Positions 23,046-34,706 are shown, numbered from the stretch's first letter. The stretch is 64,000 bases of DNA from Escherichia coli (GCF_029227855.1 NZ_CP074356.1), one strand, 5' to 3'. A program made the numbers and translations. The notes: a model not told the origin generated them from the letters alone.

Positions 23046-24062
23046 ATGAGAGTTCTGGTTACCGGTGGTAGCGGTTACATTGGAAGTCATACCTGTGTGC
23101 AATTACTGCAAAACGGTCATGATGTCATCATTCTTGATAACCTCTGTAACAGTAAGCGCAGCGTACTGCCCGTTATCGAGCGTTTAGGCGGCAAACATCC
23201 AACGTTTGTTGAAGGCGATATCCGTAACGAAGCGTTGATGACCGAGATCCTGCACGATCACGCTATCGACACCGTGATCCACTTCGCCGGGCTGAAAGCC
23301 GTTGGCGAATCGGTACAAAAACCGCTGGAATATTACGACAACAATGTTAACGGCACCCTGCGCCTGATTAGCGCCATGCGCGCCGCGAACGTCAAAAACT
23401 TTATCTTTAGCTCCTCCGCCACCGTTTATGGCGATCAGCCCAAAATTCCATACGTTGAAAGCTTCCCGACCGGCACACCGCAAAGCCCTTACGGCAAAAG
23501 CAAACTGATGGTTGAACAGATCCTCACCGATCTGCAAAAAGCCCAGCCGGACTGGAGCATTGCCCTGCTGCGCTACTTCAACCCGGTTGGCGCGCATCCG
23601 TCGGGCGATATGGGCGAAGATCCGCAAGGCATTCCGAATAACCTGATGCCATACATCGCCCAGGTTGCTGTAGGCCGTCGCGACTCGCTGGCGATTTTTG
23701 GTAACGATTATCCGACTGAAGACGGTACTGGTGTACGCGATTACATCCACGTAATGGATCTGGCCGACGGTCACGTCGTGGCGATGGAAAAACTGGCGAA
23801 CAAGCCCGGCGTACACATCTACAACCTCGGCGCTGGCGTAGGCAGCAGCGTGCTGGACGTGGTTAATGCCTTCAGCAAAGCCTGCGGCAAACCGGTTAAC
23901 TATCATTTTGCACCGCGTCGCGAGGGCGACCTTCCGGCCTACTGGGCGGACGCCAGCAAAGCCGACCGTGAACTGAACTGGCGCGTGACGCGCACACTCG
24001 ATGAAATGGCGCAGGACACCTGGCACTGGCAGTCACGCCATCCACAGGGATATCCCGATTAA
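23046..24062 (+). CDS. galE: UDP-glucose 4-epimerase GalE
   Basis: From the ATG at 23046: MRVLVTGGSGYIGSHTCVQLLQNGHDVIILDN... (Rossmann GxxGxxG); the internal GalR operator OI gtggtagcggttacat lies at 23065-23080. Confidence 0.97.
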   Translation: MRVLVTGGSGYIGSHTCVQLLQNGHDVIILDNLCNSKRSVLPVIERLGGKHPTFVEGDIRNEALMTEILHDHAIDTVIHFAGLKAVGESVQKPLEYYDNNVNGTLRLISAMRAANVKNFIFSSSATVYGDQPKIPYVESFPTGTPQSPYGKSKLMVEQILTDLQKAQPDWSIALLRYFNPVGAHPSGDMGEDPQGIPNNLMPYIAQVAVGRRDSLAIFGNDYPTEDGTGVRDYIHVMDLADGHVVAMEKLANKPGVHIYNLGAGVGSSVLDVVNAFSKACGKPVNYHFAPRREGDLPAYWADASKADRELNWRVTRTLDEMAQDTWHWQSRHPQGYPD

Positions 24063-24071
24063 GGAACGACC

Positions 24072-25118
24072 ATGACGCAATTTAATCCCGTTGATCATCC
24101 ACATCGCCGCTATAACCCGCTCACCGGGCAATGGATTCTGGTTTCACCGCACCGCGCTAAGCGCCCCTGGCAGGGGGCGCAGGAAACGCCAGCCAAACAG
24201 GTGTTACCTGCGCACGATCCAGATTGCTTCCTCTGCGCAGGTAATGTGCGGGTGACAGGCGATAAAAACCCCGATTACACCGGGACTTACGTTTTCACTA
24301 ATGACTTTGCGGCCTTGATGTCTGACACGCCAGATGCGCCAGAAAGCAACGATCCGCTGATGCGTTGCCAGAGCGCGCGCGGTACCAGCCGGGTGATCTG
24401 CTTTTCACCGGATCACAGTAAAACGTTGCCAGAACTCAGCGTTGCGGCATTGACGGAAATCGTCAAAACCTGGCAGGAGCAAACCGCAGAACTGGGGAAA
24501 ACATACCCATGGGTGCAGGTCTTTGAAAACAAAGGTGCGGCGATGGGCTGCTCTAACCCGCATCCGCACGGACAGATTTGGGCAAATAGCTTCCTGCCTA
24601 ACGAAGCTGAGCGTGAAGACCGCCTGCAAAAAGAATATTTTGCCGAACAGAAATCACCAATGCTGGTGGATTATGTTCAGCGCGAGCTGGCAGACGGTAG
24701 CCGTACCGTTGTCGAAACCGAACACTGGTTAGCCGTTGTGCCTTACTGGGCTGCCTGGCCGTTCGAAACGCTACTGCTGCCCAAAGCCCACGTTTTGCGG
24801 ATCACCGATTTGACCGACGCCCAGCGCAGCGATTTGGCGCTGGCGTTGAAAAAGCTGACCAGTCGTTATGACAACCTCTTCCAGTGCTCCTTCCCCTACT
24901 CTATGGGCTGGCACGGCGCGCCATTTAATGGCGAAGAGAATCAACACTGGCAGCTGCACGCGCACTTTTATCCGCCTCTGTTGCGCTCCGCCACCGTACG
25001 TAAATTTATGGTTGGTTATGAAATGCTGGCAGAGACCCAGCGAGACCTGACCGCAGAACAGGCAGCAGAGCGTTTGCGCGCAGTCAGCGATATCCATTTT
25101 CGCGAATCCGGAGTGTAA
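24072..25118 (+). CDS. galT: Galactose-1-phosphate uridylyltransferase GalT
   Basis: 348 aa [38 protein letters not shown]... with the HPH motif; matches GalT. Confidence 0.97.
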   Translation: MTQFNPVDHPHRRYNPLTGQWILVSPHRAKRPWQGAQETPAKQVLPAHDPDCFLCAGNVRVTGDKNPDYTGTYVFTNDFAALMSDTPDAPESNDPLMRCQSARGTSRVICFSPDHSKTLPELSVAALTEIVKTWQEQTAELGKTYPWVQVFENKGAAMGCSNPHPHGQIWANSFLPNEAEREDRLQKEYFAEQKSPMLVDYVQRELADGSRTVVETEHWLAVVPYWAAWPFETLLLPKAHVLRITDLTDAQRSDLALALKKLTSRYDNLFQCSFPYSMGWHGAPFNGEENQHWQLHAHFYPPLLRSATVRKFMVGYEMLAETQRDLTAEQAAERLRAVSDIHFRESGV

Positions 25119-25121
25119 GAA

Positions 25122-26270
25122 ATGAGTCTGAAAGAAAAAACACAATCTCTGTTTGCCAACGCATTTGGCTACCCTGCCACTCACACCATTCAGGCGCCTG
25201 GCCGCGTGAATTTGATTGGTGAACACACCGACTACAACGACGGTTTCGTTCTGCCCTGCGCGATTGATTATCAAACCGTGATCAGTTGTGCACCACGCGA
25301 TGACCGTAAAGTTCGCGTGATGGCAGCCGATTATGAAAATCAGCTCGACGAGTTTTCCCTCGATGCGCCCATTGTCGCACATGAAAGCTATCAGTGGGCT
25401 AACTACGTTCGTGGCGTGGTGAAACATCTGCAACTGCGTAACAACAGCTTCGGCGGCGTGGACATGGTGATCAGCGGCAATGTTCCGCAGGGTGCCGGGT
25501 TAAGTTCTTCCGCTTCACTGGAAGTCGCGGTCGGAACCGTATTGCAGCAGCTTTATCATTTGCCGCTGGACGGCGCACAAATCGCGCTTAACGGTCAGGA
25601 AGCAGAAAACCAGTTTGTTGGCTGTAACTGCGGGATCATGGATCAGCTAATTTCCGCACTCGGCAAGAAAGATCATGCCTTGCTGATTGACTGCCGCTCA
25701 CTGGGGACTAAAGCAGTCTCCATGCCGAAAGGTGTGGCTGTCGTCATCATTAACAGTAACTTCAAACGTACCCTGGTTGGCAGCGAATACAACACCCGTC
25801 GTGAACAGTGCGAAACCGGTGCGCGTTTCTTCCAGCAGCCAGCGCTGCGCGATGTCACCATTGAAGAGTTCAACGCTGTTGCGCATGAACTGGACCCAAT
25901 CGTGGCGAAACGCGTGCGTCATATCCTGACTGAAAACGCCCGCACCGTTGAAGCTGCCAGCGCGCTGGAGCAAGGCGACCTGAAACGTATGGGCGAGTTG
26001 ATGGCGGAGTCTCATGCCTCTATGCGCGATGATTTCGAAATCACCGTGCCGCAAATTGACACTCTGGTAGAAATCGTCAAAGCTGTGATTGGTGACAAAG
26101 GTGGCGTACGCATGACCGGCGGCGGATTTGGCGGCTGTATCGTCGCGCTGATCCCGGAAGAGCTGGTGCCTGCCGTACAGCAAGCTGTCGCTGAACAATA
26201 TGAAGCAAAAACAGGTATTAAAGAGACTTTTTACGTTTGTAAACCATCACAAGGAGCAGGACAGTGCTGA
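25122..26270 (+). CDS. galK: Galactokinase GalK
   Basis: 382 aa [52 protein letters not shown]... GHMP kinase; matches GalK. Confidence 0.97.
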   Translation: MSLKEKTQSLFANAFGYPATHTIQAPGRVNLIGEHTDYNDGFVLPCAIDYQTVISCAPRDDRKVRVMAADYENQLDEFSLDAPIVAHESYQWANYVRGVVKHLQLRNNSFGGVDMVISGNVPQGAGLSSSASLEVAVGTVLQQLYHLPLDGAQIALNGQEAENQFVGCNCGIMDQLISALGKKDHALLIDCRSLGTKAVSMPKGVAVVIINSNFKRTLVGSEYNTRREQCETGARFFQQPALRDVTIEEFNAVAHELDPIVAKRVRHILTENARTVEAASALEQGDLKRMGELMAESHASMRDDFEITVPQIDTLVEIVKAVIGDKGGVRMTGGGFGGCIVALIPEELVPAVQQAVAEQYEAKTGIKETFYVCKPSQGAGQC

Positions 26271-27304
26271 ACGAAACTCCCGCACTGGCACCCGATGGTC
26301 AGCCGTACCGACTGTTAACTTTGCGTAACAACGCAGGGATGGTAGTCACGCTGATGGACTGGGGTGCGACTTTACTTTCAGCCCGTATTCCGCTTTCCGA
26401 TGGCAGCGTCCGCGAGGCGCTGCTCGGCTGTGCCAGCCCGGAATGCTATCAGGATCAGGCCGCGTTTCTGGGGGCCTCTATTGGTCGTTATGCCAACCGT
26501 ATCGCCAATAGCCGTTATACCTTTGACGGTGAAACCGTGACGCTTTCGCCAAGTCAGGGCGTTAACCAGCTGCACGGCGGCCCGGAAGGGTTCGACAAAC
26601 GTCGCTGGCAGATTGTGAACCAGAACGATCGTCAGGTACTGTTTGCCCTGAGTTCAGATGATGGCGATCAGGGCTTCCCGGGTAATCTCGGTGCGACGGT
26701 GCAATATCGTCTGACCGACGATAACCGTATCTCCATTACTTATCGCGCCACAGTTGATAAACCTTGCCCGGTGAATATGACTAATCACGTCTATTTCAAT
26801 CTTGACGGCGAGCAGTCTGACGTGCGCAATCACAAGTTGCAGATTCTGGCGGACGAATATCTGCCGGTTGATGAAGGCGGCATTCCGCTCGACGGCCTGA
26901 AATCTGTCGCCGGAACGTCTTTTGATTTCCGCAGCGCCAAAATCATCGCCAGTGAGTTTCTTGCCGACGACGATCAGCGCAAAGTGAAAGGTTACGATCA
27001 CGCATTCTTGTTACAGGCCAAAGGCGATGGCAAGAAAGTGGCGGCGCATGTCTGGTCAGCAGATGAAAAATTGCAGCTGAAGGTCTACACCACCGCTCCG
27101 GCTCTGCAATTCTACTCCGGCAACTTCCTCGGCGGCACACCTTCGCGGGGAACCGAACCTTACGCCGACTGGCATGGGCTGGCTCTGGAAAGCGAGTTTC
27201 TGCCGGACAGCCCGAACCACCCTGAATGGCCGCAACCGGACTGCTTCCTGCGTCCTGGCGAAGAGTATTCCAGCCTGACGGAATATCAGTTTATTGCTGA
27301 GTAA
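26264..27304 (+). CDS. galM: Aldose 1-epimerase (galactose mutarotase) GalM
   Basis: 346 aa [46 protein letters not shown]...; matches GalM. Confidence 0.96.
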   Translation: MLNETPALAPDGQPYRLLTLRNNAGMVVTLMDWGATLLSARIPLSDGSVREALLGCASPECYQDQAAFLGASIGRYANRIANSRYTFDGETVTLSPSQGVNQLHGGPEGFDKRRWQIVNQNDRQVLFALSSDDGDQGFPGNLGATVQYRLTDDNRISITYRATVDKPCPVNMTNHVYFNLDGEQSDVRNHKLQILADEYLPVDEGGIPLDGLKSVAGTSFDFRSAKIIASEFLADDDQRKVKGYDHAFLLQAKGDGKKVAAHVWSADEKLQLKVYTTAPALQFYSGNFLGGTPSRGTEPYADWHGLALESEFLPDSPNHPEWPQPDCFLRPGEEYSSLTEYQFIAE

Positions 27305-27308
27305 TGTT

Positions 27309-27338
27309 AAGCCCTCGTCATGAGGGCTTTATCTTCAT
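27309..27338 (+). terminator. Intrinsic terminator after galM
   Basis: GC hairpin gccctc-gtcat-gagggc followed by tttatcttc immediately after the galM stop. Confidence 0.75.
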
Positions 27339-27506
27339 ATTGTTCAAATCACCAGCGAACACCGACATATTTGCAACTCAATATTCACAACAACCTTACA
27401 CTGCGACACTATTTTCGCTATGGTTATGCGTAAGCATTGCTGTTGCTTCGTCACGGCAATATAATGAGAATTATTATCATTAAAAGATGATTTGAGGAGT
27501 AAGTAT

Positions 27507-28259
27507 ATGGCTGTAACTAAGCTGGTTCTGGTTCGTCATGGCGAAAGTCAGTGGAACAAAGAAAACCGTTTCACCGGTTGGTACGACGTGGATCTGTCTG
27601 AGAAAGGCGTAAGCGAAGCAAAAGCAGCAGGTAAGCTGCTGAAAGAGGAAGGTTACAGCTTTGACTTTGCTTACACCTCTGTGCTGAAACGCGCTATTCA
27701 TACCCTGTGGAATGTGCTGGACGAACTGGATCAGGCATGGCTGCCCGTTGAGAAATCCTGGAAACTGAACGAACGTCACTACGGTGCGTTGCAGGGTCTG
27801 AACAAAGCGGAAACCGCTGAAAAGTATGGCGACGAGCAGGTGAAACAATGGCGTCGTGGTTTTGCGGTGACTCCGCCGGAACTGACTAAAGATGATGAGC
27901 GTTATCCGGGTCACGATCCCCGTTACGCGAAACTGAGCGAGAAAGAACTGCCGCTAACGGAAAGCCTGGCGCTGACCATTGACCGCGTGATCCCTTACTG
28001 GAATGAAACTATTCTACCGCGTATGAAGAGCGGTGAGCGCGTCATCATCGCTGCACACGGTAACTCGTTACGTGCGCTGGTGAAATATCTTGATAACATG
28101 AGCGAAGAAGAGATTCTTGAGCTGAATATCCCGACTGGCGTGCCGCTGGTTTATGAGTTTGACGAGAACTTCAAACCGCTGAAACGCTATTATCTGGGTA
28201 ATGCTGACGAGATCGCGGCGAAAGCAGCGGCCGTTGCAAACCAGGGTAAAGCGAAGTAA
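27507..28259 (+). CDS. gpmA: 2,3-bisphosphoglycerate-dependent phosphoglycerate mutase GpmA
   Basis: From the ATG at 27507 with GAGGAG ribosome-binding site: [34 protein letters not shown]... (RHGE motif); a Fur-box-like AT-rich palindrome (aatgagaattattatcatt) lies about 30 bp upstream. Confidence 0.96.
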
Positions 28260-28284
28260 ACGTCATTCGTTTAAAAAATAAATA

Positions 28285-28310
28285 TCCTCCGGCATAGCCG
28301 GAGGTTTTTC
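28285..28310 (+). terminator. Intrinsic terminator after gpmA
   Basis: Hairpin tcctccggc-ata-gccggagg followed by ttttt. Confidence 0.8.
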
Positions 28311-28324
28311 AAATGCGCCTATAA

Positions 28325-29025
28325 GGCTCTCTTACCAGCCGCGCCCTAACAGGCGCACACGATCTGACATTTGCATCCAACTTCGTTACTTACGGCCCGT
28401 AAACGGGCTGCCCGGATAGGGAATCGATAACTGCTCTCCCATTTTATCCTCTTCAAGCTGGTGCTTTATGTAATCCTGTATCTTCGCCGTGTTCTTACCC
28501 ACTGTATCGACGTAGTACCCTCTGCACCAGAACTCCCTGTTCCTGTATTTGAATTTCAAATCACCAAACTGCTCGTAAAGCATCAGACTGCTTTTCCCTT
28601 TCAGATATCCCATAAACCCGGATACGCTCATTTTGGGCGGGATCTCCACAAGCATATGGATATGATCTGCACAGCATTCAGCTTCCAGAATCCGTACGCT
28701 TTTCCACTCACACAGCTTTCTCAAAATACTGCCTATTGCTCTACGCTTCTCTCTGTAGAACACCTGTCTTCGGTATTTTGGCGCAAAAACTATGTGATAT
28801 TTACAGTTCCATCGGGTGTGCGCTAAGCTCTTTTCGTTCCCCATTGGGACCCCCTTTTGATTTCTTGTTTGACACTTGCAGTTGCCAGACCGCAAAGTGT
28901 TTTAACAAATCAAAAGGGGTTTTAATAACTGGCTCAAAGCTGAAAGCTTTCCGGAACCCCCAGCCTAGCTGGGGGTTTTCTGTGCACAATGAGAAAGCCG
29001 ACTGCAAGTGAGTCGGCTTTTTTGT
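28325..29025 (-). mobile_element. IS200-family insertion sequence (IS200/IS605 group); ends approximate
   Basis: Contains a Y1 HuH transposase gene; on the transposase-upstream side there are two strong hairpins characteristic of the IS200 left end (aacccccagc-ctag-gctgggggtt at about 28951-28975 and aagccgactgc-aagt-gagtcggctt plus T-run at about 28994-29025); about 700 bp total, the expected IS200 size. Confidence 0.75.
28386..28844 (-). CDS. tnpA: IS200-type transposase TnpA (Y1 HuH transposase, 152 aa)
   Basis: MGNEKSLAHTRWNCKYHIVFAPKYRRQVFYREKRRAIGSILRKLCEWKSVRILEAECCADHIHMLVEIPPK... with the HxH motif (HIHML) and catalytic-Tyr region; start trimmed from the ORF track to the internal Met. 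Confidence 0.9.
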   Translation of the reverse strand: MGNEKSLAHTRWNCKYHIVFAPKYRRQVFYREKRRAIGSILRKLCEWKSVRILEAECCADHIHMLVEIPPKMSVSGFMGYLKGKSSLMLYEQFGDLKFKYRNREFWCRGYYVDTVGKNTAKIQDYIKHQLEEDKMGEQLSIPYPGSPFTGRK

Positions 29026-29052
29026 TTGTCGTTGCTAACAATGGAGCACATT

Positions 29053-29130
29053 GCCTGATGCGACGCTGCGCGTCTTGTCAGGGCTACGGTGATTCATCGG
29101 ATACGCCACTCTGACGGCGCATCCGACAAT
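29053..29130. repeat. REP (palindromic unit) elements, probable BIME, downstream of aroG
   Basis: gcctgatgcgacgctgcgcgtcttgtcagggctac matches the REP consensus form; a second inverted REP-like unit (ggatacgccactctgacggcgcatccg) follows. Confidence 0.75.
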
Positions 29131-29136
29131 TAAACC

Positions 29137-30189
29137 TTACCCGCGACGCGCTTTTACTGCATTCGCCAGTTGACGTAACAGAGCATCGGTATCTTCCCAG
29201 CCGATGCAGGCATCAGTGATGCTCTTGCCATAGGCCAGCGGTTCCCCACTCTCGAGGCTCTGATTGCCTTCCACCAGATGGCTTTCCACCATCACGCCAA
29301 TAATGGCCTTTTCGCCACCGGCAATCTGCTGGCAAACGTCAGCACAAACATCCATCTGCTTTTTAAATTGTTTTGACGAGTTAGCATGGCTGAAATCGAT
29401 CATCACCTGTGCTGGCAGGCCTGCTTTGTTCAGCCCTTCTTTCACTTCAGCAACGTGCTTCGCGCTGTAGTTAGGCTCTTTACCGCCGCGCAGAATGATA
29501 TGGCAATCGCCGTTACCGCTGGTATTCACAATCGCCGAATGCCCCCATTTCGTTACGGACAGGAAGCAGTGCGGCGCACCGGCGGCATTAATGGCATCGA
29601 TAGCCACTTTAATCGTACCATCAGTGCCATTTTTGAAGCCTACCGGGCAAGAAAGCCCTGATGCCAGTTCGCGGTGCACCTGCGATTCCGTAGTACGTGC
29701 GCCAATTGCGCCCCAGCTCATCAGGTCAGCGAGATACTGCGGGGTGATCATATCGAGAAATTCACCCGCTGCTGGCAAACCGCTGTCGTTAATATCAAGC
29801 AGCAATTTACGGGCAATACGCAGACCGTCGTTGATCTGGAAGCTGTTATCCATATGCGGATCATTAATCAGCCCTTTCCAGCCCACAGTGGTACGCGGCT
29901 TTTCAAAATAGACGCGCATCACGATTTCCAGCTCATCTTGCAGCTCTTCACGCAGCGTCAGCAAGCGAGTGGCATACTCTTTAGCCGCGACAGGATCATG
30001 AATTGAGCACGGACCAATCACCACCAACAGGCGATCATCATTACCTTTCAGGATCTTATGGATCTCTTTTCGGGCATGGGCGACCGTATTCGCGGCATTT
30101 TCAGTAGCGGGGAATTTTTCCAGCAATGCGACAGGAGGAAGTAACTCTTTGATTTCTTTGATGCGTAAATCGTCGTTCTGATAATTCAT
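29137..30189 (-). CDS. aroG: DAHP synthase, Phe-sensitive (AroG)
   Basis: 350 aa ORF MNYQNDDLRIKEIKELLPPVALLEKFPATENAANTVAHARK...; matches AroG. Confidence 0.96.
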   Translation of the reverse strand: MNYQNDDLRIKEIKELLPPVALLEKFPATENAANTVAHARKEIHKILKGNDDRLLVVIGPCSIHDPVAAKEYATRLLTLREELQDELEIVMRVYFEKPRTTVGWKGLINDPHMDNSFQINDGLRIARKLLLDINDSGLPAAGEFLDMITPQYLADLMSWGAIGARTTESQVHRELASGLSCPVGFKNGTDGTIKVAIDAINAAGAPHCFLSVTKWGHSAIVNTSGNGDCHIILRGGKEPNYSAKHVAEVKEGLNKAGLPAQVMIDFSHANSSKQFKKQMDVCADVCQQIAGGEKAIIGVMVESHLVEGNQSLESGEPLAYGKSITDACIGWEDTDALLRQLANAVKARRG

Positions 30190-30504
30190 GTCTGTTCCAG
30201 TGTTGCCATACTTATCTTAGTGAATGCAATACTTCCAATCTATATCTTCCGTCAGAATGTGTAAACGGGGTTTTACACTATGAACGGATTAATCCTGGAA
30301 TTAGCAAGAAAAACGCCAGATTGTCGCGAAAAACGAGATCTCTCCTACAATTTCTAACTGTAACTCCTTTGTTTGTTAATTATTTCAAGATTCTCTGCTG
30401 GATATCTTTGCCTGGCTGAAATCTTAAACCATTGCCTTATATTCACCTGCAAATGCACTGTTGGAAGAGGTTATCCGACATAACGACCATAACAGGAGCA
30501 TCCT

Positions 30505-30885
30505 ATGAAAATGACAAAACTGGCCACACTATTTTTGACTGCCACTCTAAGCCTTGCCAGCGGTGCCACACTGGCTGCCGATAGCGGAGCGCAAAGCAAT
30601 AACGGCCAGGCAAACGCCGCAGCTGATGCGGGCCAGGTAGCCCCTGATGCCCGTGAAAATGTCGCGCCAAATAACGTCGACAATAACGGGGTAAATACCG
30701 GCTCTGGCGGCACAATGCTGCATCCGGATGGTTCTTCAATGAACAATGACGGCATGACCAAAGATGAAGAGCACAAGAACACCATGTGCAAAGATGGTCG
30801 CTGCCCGGATATCAATAAAAAAGTCCAAACCGGTGATGGCATCAACAATGATGTCGATACCAAAACCGACGGTACCACGCAGTAA
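30505..30885 (+). CDS. ybgS: Secreted protein YbgS
   Basis: 126 aa ORF with signal peptide [24 protein letters not shown]; low-complexity Asn/Gly/Asp-rich mature part; matches YbgS. Confidence 0.88.
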   Translation: MKMTKLATLFLTATLSLASGATLAADSGAQSNNGQANAAADAGQVAPDARENVAPNNVDNNGVNTGSGGTMLHPDGSSMNNDGMTKDEEHKNTMCKDGRCPDINKKVQTGDGINNDVDTKTDGTTQ

Positions 30886-30998
30886 CCCTGCGAAATAGCC
30901 AATAATGGGAGAGCGGAGTCTCTCCCTTTTAATTTTTCCCTTCTAAAAGCAGTATGATGTCATAAAGTTAAGTGAGAATAATTAAGGGATGACTCGTC

Positions 30999-31940
30999 AT
31001 GGCGCACTCACACTCACACACTTCCTCACACCTGCCAGAAGATAATAATGCTCGTCGCTTGTTGTATGCTTTCGGCGTGACTGCCGGGTTTATGCTCGTA
31101 GAAGTCATTGGTGGTTTTCTTTCCGGTTCTCTGGCATTGCTGGCCGATGCGGGTCATATGTTGACCGATACTGCCGCCCTGCTTTTTGCCCTACTCGCAG
31201 TGCAATTTTCCCGTCGTCCTCCCACCATTCGCCACACTTTCGGTTGGCTAAGATTGACCACGCTCGCGGCGTTTGTGAATGCCATCGCCCTGGTGGTGAT
31301 TACTATTTTGATTGTCTGGGAGGCGATAGAACGCTTCCGCACTCCGCGTCCGGTCGAGGGCGGCATGATGATGGCAATTGCCGTGGCTGGGCTGCTGGCA
31401 AATATACTTTCTTTCTGGTTACTTCATCACGGCAGCGAAGAGAAAAACCTCAACGTGCGAGCAGCGGCACTGCATGTCCTCGGGGACCTGCTGGGTTCGG
31501 TTGGGGCTATTATTGCCGCGTTGATTATTATCTGGACCGGCTGGACACCTGCTGATCCCATTCTCTCAATACTGGTGTCGCTTCTGGTTCTGCGTAGCGC
31601 GTGGCGACTGTTGAAAGATAGCGTGAATGAATTACTTGAAGGTGCACCGGTATCGCTGGATATCGCCGAACTGAAGCGTCGTATGTGCCGGGAAATCCCG
31701 GAAGTCCGCAATGTGCACCATGTACATGTATGGATGGTAGGCGAGAAGCCGGTGATGACGCTGCATGTGCAGGTGATCCCGCCACACGATCACGATGCCT
31801 TGTTAGATCAGATCCAACACTACCTGATGGATCACTATCAGATTGAGCACGCCACTATTCAAATGGAATATCAACCTTGTCATGGGCCAGACTGCCACCT
31901 GAATGAAGGGGGGTCTGGCCATTCACATCATCACCATTAA
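30999..31940 (+). CDS. zitB: Zinc efflux CDF transporter ZitB
   Basis: 313 aa [42 protein letters not shown]... with His-rich termini; matches ZitB. Confidence 0.95.
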   Translation: MAHSHSHTSSHLPEDNNARRLLYAFGVTAGFMLVEVIGGFLSGSLALLADAGHMLTDTAALLFALLAVQFSRRPPTIRHTFGWLRLTTLAAFVNAIALVVITILIVWEAIERFRTPRPVEGGMMMAIAVAGLLANILSFWLLHHGSEEKNLNVRAAALHVLGDLLGSVGAIIAALIIIWTGWTPADPILSILVSLLVLRSAWRLLKDSVNELLEGAPVSLDIAELKRRMCREIPEVRNVHHVHVWMVGEKPVMTLHVQVIPPHDHDALLDQIQHYLMDHYQIEHATIQMEYQPCHGPDCHLNEGGSGHSHHHH

Positions 31941-32656
31941 TGGGACAGCGCGCGTGAACCTCTTTCGCGTGCGCTGTTGATCCACATCCGGCTGCCGTTG
32001 AGGGCAATAAAGGTCAGGATGATGTACTCCAGAGACATGGCGTAAACGCCCTGAAGTGCAAAAATAACGACGCTAATCACGTTAATAATCACCCACAACA
32101 GCCAGTTTTCCACATACTTACGCGTCATCAGAATCATTGCCACGATAGATAACACCATCATGCAGGAATCCCAGAACGGGAAAGCGTCCGGTTGCAGTTC
32201 AGGCATCACAACCTGTAATCCTAATGCTTGCATGATCATGACTGCCACGCGGGTCAAAAATGCAAACACCGGATTGATAAATACCGTCATCAGACCAATC
32301 GAAACAACGCAAACCGCCAACCAGCTTAGCGCCTTCGGCAATGGCAACCAGCGAATTTTCAACTCCGCCTCGTTCTGACTGGTTTGTCGCGACCACGCAT
32401 ACCAACCGTAAATATTCGCGGCAAAGAAAAACACCTGTAATAGCAGGCTGGCATACAGCTGAATCTGAAAGAAAATAATGCCAAACAAGGTGACGTTGAT
32501 CAGGCCAAAGAAGTAGTTGCTGATCTTCTCCAGACTGGCAAGGCCAATACACAGCAACCCGGCGATCGTGCCTACCGCTTCGATCCATGAGAGATCATAA
32601 CCGCCTGCTCCTATTGGTATATGTACCAGGATATTCTGCACACTAAAAAAATCCAT
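31937..32656 (-). CDS. pnuC: Nicotinamide riboside transporter PnuC
   Basis: 239 aa hydrophobic [40 protein letters not shown]...; convergent 4-bp overlap with the zitB stop. Confidence 0.95.
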   Translation of the reverse strand: MDFFSVQNILVHIPIGAGGYDLSWIEAVGTIAGLLCIGLASLEKISNYFFGLINVTLFGIIFFQIQLYASLLLQVFFFAANIYGWYAWSRQTSQNEAELKIRWLPLPKALSWLAVCVVSIGLMTVFINPVFAFLTRVAVMIMQALGLQVVMPELQPDAFPFWDSCMMVLSIVAMILMTRKYVENWLLWVIINVISVVIFALQGVYAMSLEYIILTFIALNGSRMWINSARERGSRALSH

Positions 32657-32693
32657 CTTTCCCCCAAAGCGTAACGTTACGCCTTATTATTCG

Positions 32694-33737
32694 TTATCCA
32701 CGTAGTGTAGCCGCAAAATCCAGCATACGATTGAGCGGCACCAGCGCCCTCTCTCGCAGCCTTTCATCAACATGAACCTCGTGATTGCTTCCTTCCTGTT
32801 CTAATGCCTCTGCGATGGCCTGAAGGCCATTCATGGCCATCCACGGACAATGCGCGCAGCTGCGGCAGGTTGCACCCTCACCTGCGGTTGGTGCTTCCAG
32901 TAACTCTTTATCTGGCACCGCCTGCTGCATTTTGTAGAAAATACCCCGATCGGTTGCCACAATAAGCCTCTGATGTGGCAATGTTTTCGCAGCAGCGATC
33001 AGTTGACTGGTGGAACCGACCGCATCCGCCATATCGACAATAGCTTGTGGTGATTCTGGATGCACCAGTATGGCAGCATCCGGGTATTCTTCTTGCAAGC
33101 GGGTTAACGCCTGAGTCTTAAATTCATCATGCACAATGCAGGCACCCTGCCAGCATAAAATGTCTGCGCCCGTCTGTTTTTGCACGTAACGCCCCAGATG
33201 TTTGTCGGGTGCCCAGATGATTTTTTCACCCAAACTATCCAGATGATCAATAAGTTCGACGGCAATGCTTGAAGTTACCACCCAATCTGCCCGCGCTTTT
33301 ACCGCAGCAGAAGTGTTGGCGTAGACGACGACAGTATGATCGGGATGGGCATCGCAAAATGCGTTAAATTCTTCAACAGGGCAGCCGAGATCCAGTGAAC
33401 ATTCAGCCTGAAGTGTCGGCATCAGAATTGTTTTTTCCGGACTGAGAATTTTGGCGGTTTCTCCCATAAATCTCACCCCAGCGACTAACAACGTAGAAGC
33501 GGGATGCTTTGCACCGAAGCGCGCCATTTCCAGAGAATCAGAAATACAGCCACCGGTTTCTTCTGCCAGTTGTTGAATTTCGGGATCGGTATAGTAATGG
33601 GCAACCATCACCGCATTACGTTCTTTTAGCAGACGTTTTATCTTCTCGCGGTAATACGCTTTTTCATCAATGCTTAACGGCGTCGGCTTCGGGGGGAAAG
33701 GATAAATCGCCGTGTCTGGATCAAACATCACGCTCAT
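32694..33737 (-). CDS. nadA: Quinolinate synthase NadA
   Basis: 347 aa [58 protein letters not shown]...; matches NadA. Confidence 0.96.
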   Translation of the reverse strand: MSVMFDPDTAIYPFPPKPTPLSIDEKAYYREKIKRLLKERNAVMVAHYYTDPEIQQLAEETGGCISDSLEMARFGAKHPASTLLVAGVRFMGETAKILSPEKTILMPTLQAECSLDLGCPVEEFNAFCDAHPDHTVVVYANTSAAVKARADWVVTSSIAVELIDHLDSLGEKIIWAPDKHLGRYVQKQTGADILCWQGACIVHDEFKTQALTRLQEEYPDAAILVHPESPQAIVDMADAVGSTSQLIAAAKTLPHQRLIVATDRGIFYKMQQAVPDKELLEAPTAGEGATCRSCAHCPWMAMNGLQAIAEALEQEGSNHEVHVDERLRERALVPLNRMLDFAATLRG

Positions 33738-34169
33738 CTTACCATCTCGTTTTACAGGCTTAACGTTAAAACCGACATGAGCGTAATATTCGCTGTTATC
33801 GGTGTAATTTGTTTTATATGCTAAACAAGATAGTCGAATGGTGGGGAAAAGTCACTCGAATTACGTATGAGATGCCGAATGCCACACTTTGCGTCTTATT
33901 TCTCCGACGTAAAGTTGTTTACGCAGCAAACGCGGAGTATGTCATCTGGGTTAAGAATTGAAATTGAGAGATGCCTGAATAGCAAAAAAGCGCCTTTAGG
34001 GCGCTTTTTTACATTGGTGGGTCGTGCAGGATGACTCGCTTCGCTCGCCCTACGGGCCGTCGCCGCGAGCGGCTCCGTTATTTCGCTGCGCTCAACTCGA
34101 ACCTGCTGCAGGTTCGAATCTTTGAGTATCGCAGATAGTAAAAAAGCGCCTTTAGGGCGCTTTTTTACA

Positions 34170-34245
34170 TTGGTGGGTCGTGCAGGATTCGAACCTGCGA
34201 CCAATTGATTAAAAGTCAACTGCTCTACCAACTGAGCTAACGACC
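34170..34245 (-). tRNA. lysQ: tRNA-Lys (anticodon UUU)
   Basis: Reverse complement is GGGTCGTTAGCTCAGTTGGTAGAGCAGTTGACTTTTAATCAATTGGTCGCAGGTTCGAATCCTGCACGACCCACCA; gene name by position in the K-12 order. Confidence 0.93.
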
Positions 34246-34278
34246 CCTTGCGGGATTATGCTGCTTTAATCATTCAGG

Positions 34279-34354
34279 ATGGTGGGTCGTGCAGGATTCG
34301 AACCTGCGACCAATTGATTAAAAGTCAACTGCTCTACCAACTGAGCTAACGACC
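34279..34354 (-). tRNA. lysZ: tRNA-Lys (UUU)
   Basis: Identical 76-nt tRNA-Lys sequence on the minus strand. Confidence 0.93.
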
Positions 34355-34500
34355 CATACGGGTGTTACCTGAAAGATTTCTACTCGGAACCAATCTTTAA
34401 AATTGGTGGGTCGTGCAGGATGACTCGCTTCGCTCGCCCTACGGGCCGTTGCTGGCGCAACGTTATCCTTCACGCTTAACATCTGAGTTTGATGTTAAAA

Positions 34501-34576
34501 TTGGTGGGTCGTGCAGGATTCGAACCTGCGACCAATTGATTAAAAGTCAACTGCTCTACCAACTGAGCTAACGACC
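34501..34576 (-). tRNA. lysY: tRNA-Lys (UUU)
   Basis: Identical 76-nt tRNA-Lys sequence on the minus strand. Confidence 0.93.
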
Positions 34577-34579
34577 CGA

Positions 34580-34655
34580 GTGGTGGGTGATGACGGGATC
34601 GAACCGCCGACCCCCTCCTTGTAAGGGAGGTGCTCTCCCAGCTGAGCTAATCACC
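34580..34655 (-). tRNA. valZ: tRNA-Val (anticodon UAC)
   Basis: Reverse complement is GGGTGATTAGCTCAGCTGGGAGAGCACCTCCCTTACAAGGAGGGGGTCGGCGGTTCGATCCCGTCATCACCCACCA. Confidence 0.93.
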
Positions 34656-34706
34656 CGATACTGCGCTGGATACTACAAACTACTTCCACCGAACCCACCG
34701 TAATTA

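Noticed and set aside
23184-24026. 280 aa minus-strand ORF inside galE
   Set aside because: Fully antisense to galE, which is unambiguous; no independent start signals.
33896-34231. 111 aa minus-strand ORF overlapping the tRNA region
   Set aside because: Overlaps tRNA-Lys and the terminator repeats; its repeated PARPTNVKKRPKGAFLL peptide is simply a translation of duplicated tRNA and terminator DNA.
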